IMG/VR virus record: IMGVR_UViG_3300009706_000001 | Coordinates: 1 to 51,118 of that record | From: a virus | Taxonomy: Duplodnaviria > Caudoviricetes | DNA: 51,118 nt | Strand: one strand, 5' to 3' | Part shown: piece by piece, positions 46,016 to 51,118 of the stretch | Layout of the letters: each line of letters opens with the position of its first letter | How positions within the stretch are numbered: the stretch's first letter is position 1 | Notes under the pieces: model-generated | Seen by the model: the letters and a program-made list of their open reading frames with translations, nothing else | Told to the model about the DNA's origin: nothing | The model's database searches: none | Position numbers and translations under genes: made by a program

Positions 46016-46488
46016 ATGCCTTCTATCTCAATGTCTGGGGTGAACACGAGAATGGACGAGGGGAAGGGAGCACTATTAAGGGCCCCCTTAAACCTGATCC
46101 GCCCCTTGACGAAGCGTATGGCGACACCAGGGCGCGCACAGTGTCGTGTGGCATCCCACACTATGTCATGCCACCACCGCGTGTCCGTGCGGCTCGGCAC
46201 GAGGCACACCACCGTACACCCCGCCTCCCGTTCCAAGGCGGCCTTCCTCAGAAAATCACGGCACAGCGAGTAGGGCGGGTTCAGCCAGACCACAGGGGCC
46301 TTCGCGCCCTCCGATCGCCATGGCAGTGCTAAGGACTTTGCTGAGAAAAACGTCTCACACTTCTTGTTCTCCCAGCTGGCCGCTGCATCGAGGGTAAACC
46401 CAAACTCCTCCTGCAAGGGGAGGAAGACATTGTCTGGCGTCTCCCATTCATCCGAGTTGCGAGAAAATACTGCATGTGGTGTTGTCAT
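46006..46488 (-). CDS. Phage DNA N6-adenine methyltransferase (Dam family)
   Basis: DEWETP, FTLDAAAS..N, WLNPPY, LVPSRTDTRWW, KGRIRF. Confidence 0.92.
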   Translation of the reverse strand: MTTPHAVFSRNSDEWETPDNVFLPLQEEFGFTLDAAASWENKKCETFFSAKSLALPWRSEGAKAPVVWLNPPYSLCRDFLRKAALEREAGCTVVCLVPSRTDTRWWHDIVWDATRHCARPGVAIRFVKGRIRFKGALNSAPFPSSILVFTPDIEIEGIWK

Positions 46489-46489
46489 A

Positions 46490-46756
46490 TTATTTCTCTC
46501 CTTTCTGCGCGTGTGTCGGGTCAATCGTCTTTCTTCCGTCTAAGCCGATGGTCTCGGAGTCCGCTTCAATCCAGACGTGGGCCCCGCACGAGAGGGGTTT
46601 GTCCGGGGAATACTGGATAGACCAGTGTCCGTAGCCGCAAATCGTATGGGCGTATGCCGTGGTCTTATACGACTTCACCGTTAACACGGGCTTTCGTTCG
46701 CCCGTCTTGTTGTTGCGCTTAATGACGTGCTGGTTGACATGGATGATGGTTTTCAT
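46490..46756 (-). CDS. Conserved phage hypothetical protein
   Basis: IHVNQHVI..YSPDKPLSCGAHVWIE. Confidence 0.8.
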   Translation of the reverse strand: MKTIIHVNQHVIKRNNKTGERKPVLTVKSYKTTAYAHTICGYGHWSIQYSPDKPLSCGAHVWIEADSETIGLDGRKTIDPTHAQKGEK

Positions 46757-46796
46757 TGCTCCTCACTTTCCTGCTGGCTTTGCCTATACAAACGCT

Positions 46797-47057
46797 TCAG
46801 TCTACGTCTTGCTCCTGCATACGACAGGTCGTTTCTATTGTGGTTTCGGAGAGTTTCGTCGGCATGCTCCCGTTGAATCGAAGGACTTCAAATCGTTGCA
46901 ACGCATGTTCTCGCGATCTCGCGAGGACCTGATAGACCGTCGAGTTCAGCACGGTCACATAATAGAACTCGAACTGCGCCTGTTCGTCTCTGGGTGCGTT
47001 TGGATCGTCCTCGATGCGCACGTTCTCCGGGTCATGCTGGGGATCTGGGTGACTCAT
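46797..47057 (-). CDS. Hypothetical protein
   Basis: SD AGGAG; coupled. Confidence 0.65.
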   Translation of the reverse strand: MSHPDPQHDPENVRIEDDPNAPRDEQAQFEFYYVTVLNSTVYQVLARSREHALQRFEVLRFNGSMPTKLSETTIETTCRMQEQDVD

Positions 47058-47332
47058 ACTCGTTTCTCCTGTGTCCGATAGTTCCATCCCGGTCCTGATC
47101 GAGAATGATTCCCGAGATAGGTTTGTGTGGGTGAGAGGGTCTCTGCAATCACATCGGGGGGCGGCGGTTCCCTGTAGCTAGCTTGACTAATAATCTTTGT
47201 TGCCAAGTCTTCATGTCTCTGAGTGGCATGCCGAATGTGTTGCGGCATGATCTCGTCAAAGAAGGCGGTACCAAGAGCGCGTATAAGTAAGTCAATCTCT
47301 GGTCCGTTCAGGGTCAATGTGTATTGTGTCAT
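47054..47332 (-). CDS. Hypothetical protein
   Basis: ORF in the early operon. Confidence 0.6.
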   Translation of the reverse strand: MTQYTLTLNGPEIDLLIRALGTAFFDEIMPQHIRHATQRHEDLATKIISQASYREPPPPDVIAETLSPTQTYLGNHSRSGPGWNYRTQEKRV

Positions 47333-47352
47333 GGTGTGTATTATTTCATAGT

Positions 47353-48057
47353 CTACAGGGGTTGAACAAAGCCTCCGCGCACGCCACTCGCTAACTCAGC
47401 AGCTGAGCCAAGGAACGGGAGGCCGACGATGTGGAAGGGAGGGTCCAGGAACCGCAGGTCATGCTTCTGCCCATCGAGCACTGGTACCCCCCAGTGAGAG
47501 GCCGGGAGGGGTTCCCCTTTTCGACAGGTAAATACGACGGCCACGTTCACGCCGGTCTCCAAGATGGCGAGCGCCTCCGCCGGAGAGGACCGCTCGCTAT
47601 AAGAGAACGTGAGGTGGTAGTTAGGCTTGACCCGGAGGTGTGGCCTGCCGAGCTTGGTGTAGTCATAGAACTGTATCTCCGGCAAGGCATCCGCTAACCG
47701 GCGTGCAAGATCTGCGCGGTCGCTTAGCAGATTCGGGCGAAAGGCAAACCGCCCTGGGTGCCGCTTGGCACGGTTACGAATTTCCTTGACAATCAGCTCA
47801 ATGGTAGGTTCCCAATGGTCAAAGAGTTGTGCGGTGCGGCGTGCCCGTGCGAGCCCATGTGTCGGCATGGCGTTGAAGCCTTCCCCCTTCAGGCATATCT
47901 TTTCGCACGCGCCTGACTTGGCACACATGTTTGGAAGGTCCGGGCGATTCAGCACCGTCCGGGCTTCCGTCGCTGGGCTCAGATTTAAGCCTGCCGTGAC
48001 CCAGCCCTCCTTCTGTGACTTGTTCAGCTTGTATTGGTTCGTCGTAATGAATGACAT
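47353..48057 (-). CDS. GP88-like protein (Cys-cluster, radical-SAM-like fold)
   Basis: C..CxxxC, RPNLLSD, FYDYTK, NYHLTFS, DG..HDLRFLD. Confidence 0.78.
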   Translation of the reverse strand: MSFITTNQYKLNKSQKEGWVTAGLNLSPATEARTVLNRPDLPNMCAKSGACEKICLKGEGFNAMPTHGLARARRTAQLFDHWEPTIELIVKEIRNRAKRHPGRFAFRPNLLSDRADLARRLADALPEIQFYDYTKLGRPHLRVKPNYHLTFSYSERSSPAEALAILETGVNVAVVFTCRKGEPLPASHWGVPVLDGQKHDLRFLDPPFHIVGLPFLGSAAELASGVRGGFVQPL

Positions 48058-48206
48058 GCTGTGTGTCCTTCCTCGCGTATTGCTGATGTTGTGCGAGCCA
48101 CTTCTGCGAGAGTGGCACTTCGTCCACGAGCCAGCGGTCCATAAACGTGAGCTTACCTCCTAACAGGGCCTTCAAGTAGAGGTGCATCATAGTGCGGGAT
48201 CTCCTG

Positions 48207-48419
48207 TTAACTATGTGTATGGCCATCGGGTTCAATGCCCAACCACATGCCGCACCACGGCACCATGACGCAGTCCAGCAGGTGGTCCACGTGTGCGGTT
48301 CTCCGAAAGCTCAGATAGGATTGACGCGGGGTGGCTTCTCGGCAGTAGATGGCCAAGAGTGCTGTCCGTTGCGCGGGCGTAAGTCGTGTCGTGTGTCTAC
48401 GGGGCCTGTGTTTCAGCAT
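48207..48419 (-). CDS. Small hypothetical protein
   Basis: SD AGGAG; WCGMWLGIEPDGHTHS. Confidence 0.7.
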   Translation of the reverse strand: MLKHRPRRHTTRLTPAQRTALLAIYCREATPRQSYLSFRRTAHVDHLLDCVMVPWCGMWLGIEPDGHTHS

Positions 48420-48485
48420 GGCTTCTCCTATGTTGCGTGAAAGGCGAAGAGAGACTCCCACCGTGGGAGCCCCTCTTCGTGGTGA

Positions 48486-49319
48486 CTAGGAGGCGTTGAA
48501 GACGTAGCCGTCGTTCTTCTCAGCGTCGAGCGTGAGGTTCCACAGACCGGTGTTCAGATCCACATTCTTCTGGATGTTGGTCACCGCCCGCGTCACACCA
48601 CGCCTTCGCCCGATATGCGCGGTGTTCATTTTCCCCCGCATCAGGTTCTCCTGGACTACATTGAAGACAGACCAGAGGTTCGCACCCCGGTCGGCTTCCC
48701 GGTGTATGGTGAGCAATTCCCTAGAGTCCCGCAGTCTTGACGTGATAAATGTTGGCATCACATCATCGTAGTTCTTCGGCGTCGGCAGCAGCTTCGCGGC
48801 TTTGTATGCATAGTTCTCCATCATTTGCCTTGTCATGGTGATCTCCGCCAGCTTCGGGATGCGATCGGCTATGCTGTTCGCAACCTCTATGGTCGCCGCA
48901 GCCGCCGCCATAATCTCCGGCACGTTCTTCATGAGGTGCCGAAACTTCACCCTGCTCGTCAATTCTCCGTCCGTCACGATGAGCCCGTTCGCACAGACAA
49001 AGACTTCCATGGCCGCATACATCTGGAACGTGCATGCCCCATCATGGCTGTTGATGAGCAGCAACTGCGGGGTCACCCCGTTAATCAGCGCCGCATTGGC
49101 ACGTTGCAGCACGAGCATATGCTTGGCCGAACGTGGGTCTTTCGTTCTGGGACGTGCGGCGACACACTTCTTCAACACCCAGCCCTCCATCAGCATCGTC
49201 TCCAATACGGCTCGGGTGTCGAAGAAGCCATACTTGGCGCTGACCGTGTCGGCGCGTCTCGGATCGACAAGAGACGGCGGCAGCGATGGGTGCGTGTTCT
49301 GCAAGGTAAGCATATTCAT
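48486..49319 (-). CDS. DUF932/DUF945-family protein
   Basis: LINSHDG..FVCANGL..H..NLWSVFNVVQEN. Confidence 0.88.
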   Translation of the reverse strand: MNMLTLQNTHPSLPPSLVDPRRADTVSAKYGFFDTRAVLETMLMEGWVLKKCVAARPRTKDPRSAKHMLVLQRANAALINGVTPQLLLINSHDGACTFQMYAAMEVFVCANGLIVTDGELTSRVKFRHLMKNVPEIMAAAAATIEVANSIADRIPKLAEITMTRQMMENYAYKAAKLLPTPKNYDDVMPTFITSRLRDSRELLTIHREADRGANLWSVFNVVQENLMRGKMNTAHIGRRRGVTRAVTNIQKNVDLNTGLWNLTLDAEKNDGYVFNAS

Positions 49320-49397
49320 GGGTCTGTTCCTTTTCTTTTTATCTCCGCTCTTAAGTAATGCGTCGTGGGAAACACTTCGTGTTTTCCACACGCCTTG

Positions 49398-49419
49398 TTT
49401 TGGGACATGATGTCCCAAA
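49398..49419. promoter_or_regulatory. 23-bp palindrome, copy E
   Basis: TTTTGGGACATGATGTCCCAAA in the intergenic leader of the DUF932 gene. Confidence 0.9.
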
Positions 49420-49433
49420 CTGGTAGCCGAATA

Positions 49434-49691
49434 TCATGTGATATTCATGCTGTCGACATAGGTGCTGAGCCAGAGCGGGCCATGCGTATTCCGCAAGGCG
49501 TGCAAGGGCCCAGCGAGGCGGCAGAATTGCCAGTCGAGTAGCAGTTCCCTGTGCCACTCTGTGCCATGGCTGTGGGCATACTCCTCCAGCAATACACGCT
49601 GCTCGTCGGAGATCGGTGGGCATGCCCCGAGAATCGAAGGCCGTTTGCCGTGTTCACCTAGCTCTGATTTGATGGGTTGTTTATTTTTCAT
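49434..49691 (-). CDS. Hypothetical protein
   Basis: YA..HG..W...L...W..LRNTHGPLWL. Confidence 0.7.
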   Translation of the reverse strand: MKNKQPIKSELGEHGKRPSILGACPPISDEQRVLLEEYAHSHGTEWHRELLLDWQFCRLAGPLHALRNTHGPLWLSTYVDSMNIT

Positions 49692-49870
49692 GGTTTTCTA
49701 ACATCATTTGCAGAAGTCCAATAGCTCGGCCAGGACAAGTCTATGATGCGATTCCTGCACTGGGTGCAGGTGATGGCATGCTTGAGGATGAACAGTTCTT
49801 GGTCCGTGGTGAGTTGATTATTGACGTAGTCTTTCATCATTTCCCGCTGTTCGCATTGTGTTTTAGTCAT
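49688..49870 (-). CDS. Small protein with HxxxCxxC (anti-sigma zinc-finger-like) motif
   Basis: C...DY...L...HAITCTQC; SD AAGGAG. Confidence 0.55.
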   Translation of the reverse strand: MTKTQCEQREMMKDYVNNQLTTDQELFILKHAITCTQCRNRIIDLSWPSYWTSANDVRKP

Positions 49871-50351
49871 TGTTCTCCTTTAATAAGGCTTCACAGAGTG
49901 TGTCGTAAGTGTGTTTGCCGATGCCTCGATTTATGCGTTCACGATTGCCCGCTACGTTGAGTCTGACGATATCGTTTTTGATTACCCACTCTCGCAATTC
50001 TGTAGGTGTTGGGTTTTCATTCCAGTGGTCGCGCCAGCTTAATCCATAGTTATATTCGGCTGCTTGTCTAGTGCAGTAATATCCCGAACTGTCGGTGTTA
50101 CCAAACCACACGGTGCCATCAGCGGATTCGACATTCAAGATCGTGCGTTCTCGGTAGTCAGTGGAGACTGTTTCTCGTAGATGATAGCGTCTCATCTGCT
50201 CATCTGTGAGTGGGCCAGTGTCAGTGCGTCGGTTTTTTGGAACCCAACCTCCCGTGAGTAGCCCAAGTGTCCGACCAGCGGCTAATCCGCCTTGGTCAGC
50301 GCCAGTTTGTGCGCCAGATACAATTGTGTTGACTGGTGATGGCTTAGTCAT
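49863..50351 (-). CDS. SLOG-fold putative molybdenum-carrier-like protein
   Basis: IVSGAQTGAD..GGWVP..RTILNV..DGT..LNVAGNRE. Confidence 0.85.
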   Translation of the reverse strand: MTKPSPVNTIVSGAQTGADQGGLAAGRTLGLLTGGWVPKNRRTDTGPLTDEQMRRYHLRETVSTDYRERTILNVESADGTVWFGNTDSSGYYCTRQAAEYNYGLSWRDHWNENPTPTELREWVIKNDIVRLNVAGNRERINRGIGKHTYDTLCEALLKENND

Positions 50352-50523
50352 AGAATCCCCAGGCTCCGAGTACGGTGGCGGTGAAAATTCCGCCGATGAG
50401 TAACGAGAAGATGATGCAGTTGAGTGCGGCGAGGCCCTGTTGGATGGTCGAGCGCCCGCAGCATGCACACCGTTGAGACGTTGTCAACTTGTAAGGATTG
50501 GTTCTTGTATACATGGTGCTCAT
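50344..50523 (-). CDS. Small membrane protein with CxxC
   Basis: CACC plus one TM helix. Confidence 0.55.
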   Translation of the reverse strand: MSTMYTRTNPYKLTTSQRCACCGRSTIQQGLAALNCIIFSLLIGGIFTATVLGAWGFYD

Positions 50524-50696
50524 CCTTTCCAGAGTGAGAGTAAGAGGGTGCTCACGAAGAGGATCGGGATCAGGGTGGCCAAGGCAATGTAGGCGCCAAT
50601 GATGGAATTGAAGTAGTAAAGCTGCCCGATCAGGCCGAGAATGACGAAGGCCATCCCGATGGGTGCCCAGGCGTAGAAGAGTGCGATGTCTATCAT
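50520..50696 (-). CDS. 58-aa two-TM membrane protein
   Basis: MIDIALFYAWAPIGMAFVILGLIG...; ATGA-coupled on both sides. Confidence 0.6.
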   Translation of the reverse strand: MIDIALFYAWAPIGMAFVILGLIGQLYYFNSIIGAYIALATLIPILFVSTLLLSLWKG

Positions 50697-50872
50697 GCCT
50701 GCACCTCTTCATTCGCCCCGGTGAGCATCAACCTGGCGTCCTGGCCCAGGACCTCAGCCGCTCGCCAGAGGACGCCCGTCACCGCGTTTACGCCGTCTAT
50801 CGACCTGCGGGCCGTGTGTAGCAGCTCAATCGCGTCCAGTGTCGCCTGGAGGAGGATTCTGGTATCTTTCAT
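50693..50872 (-). CDS. Small hypothetical protein
   Basis: SD GAGGAG. Confidence 0.65.
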   Translation of the reverse strand: MKDTRILLQATLDAIELLHTARRSIDGVNAVTGVLWRAAEVLGQDARLMLTGANEEVQA

Positions 50873-50897
50873 TGTGTTTCTCCTCTCTTTGTCCATG

Positions 50898-51118
50898 TTA
50901 GTCAGTTTCCTTCCGAGGGATCAGCGTGTTATTGGCGGCGAACGTCATAAACTCTAGCACTTCTTCTGGCGTTCTCCATCCTGCGGCAGTATCACCATCC
51001 GGAAAGGCGTGCCACGGCATATCAACGTCTGCATATGCCGCGATTTCTACCGTTATGGCTTCTTCAACGTGTTGACGCCTGATACCGTCCGACGAAGAAT
51101 ACGTGCCCTCTCCCCACT
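50898..51118 (-). CDS. 3' part of the junction-spanning hypothetical protein
   Basis: ...SSDGIRRQHVEEAITVEIAAY...GWRTPEEVLEFM...KETD*. Confidence 0.8.
   Translation of the reverse strand, partial: WGEGTYSSSDGIRRQHVEEAITVEIAAYADVDMPWHAFPDGDTAAGWRTPEEVLEFMTFAANNTLIPRKETD
51096..51118. repeat. Terminal direct repeat (right copy)
   Basis: identical to 1-23. Confidence 0.95.

Noticed and set aside
47819-48235. ORF overlapping the GP88-like gene by ~80 codons
   Set aside because: SD-like sites exist, but the long overlap and lack of motifs make it too uncertain to call

Overview
This window is an apparently complete, circularly assembled ~51.1 kb tailed-phage genome. A 23-bp sequence is identical at both ends and an ORF reads through the junction. 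The + strand (2.7-31.2 kb) carries a podovirus-type late operon: terminase, portal, an inserted fibre-like cassette, scaffold, major capsid, adaptor and nozzle, a fibre cassette, holin-like genes plus DUF5675, disordered ejection proteins, a giant protein with a lytic transglycosylase, and a metallophosphoesterase. The - strand carries the early and replication arm: many small ORFs, SLOG/MoCo-carrier-like, DUF932, GP88-like, a Dam-type methylase, SprT-like proteases, an AAA_25 helicase, a PD-(D/E)XK nuclease/Sak4-like ATPase/SSB trio, class II RNR, ThyX, a divergent family A polymerase and DUF1599. I found no integrase, primase, RNA polymerase, tRNA or CRISPR array. The most unusual signals are (1) five copies of a 23-bp palindrome around the control region, two bracketing a lone HTH-like gene; (2) a recurring 25-bp dyad embedded in TTTCA repeats at two distant origin-like loci; (3) a three-way-junction structure with two GCGAAGC hairpins in the nrdJ leader; (4) structured or terminating leaders on both major transcripts, with an Arg-rich peptide as the first early gene; and (5) a short motif shared by four consecutive ejection proteins. 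All product calls come from motif recognition by eye; no database search was run.
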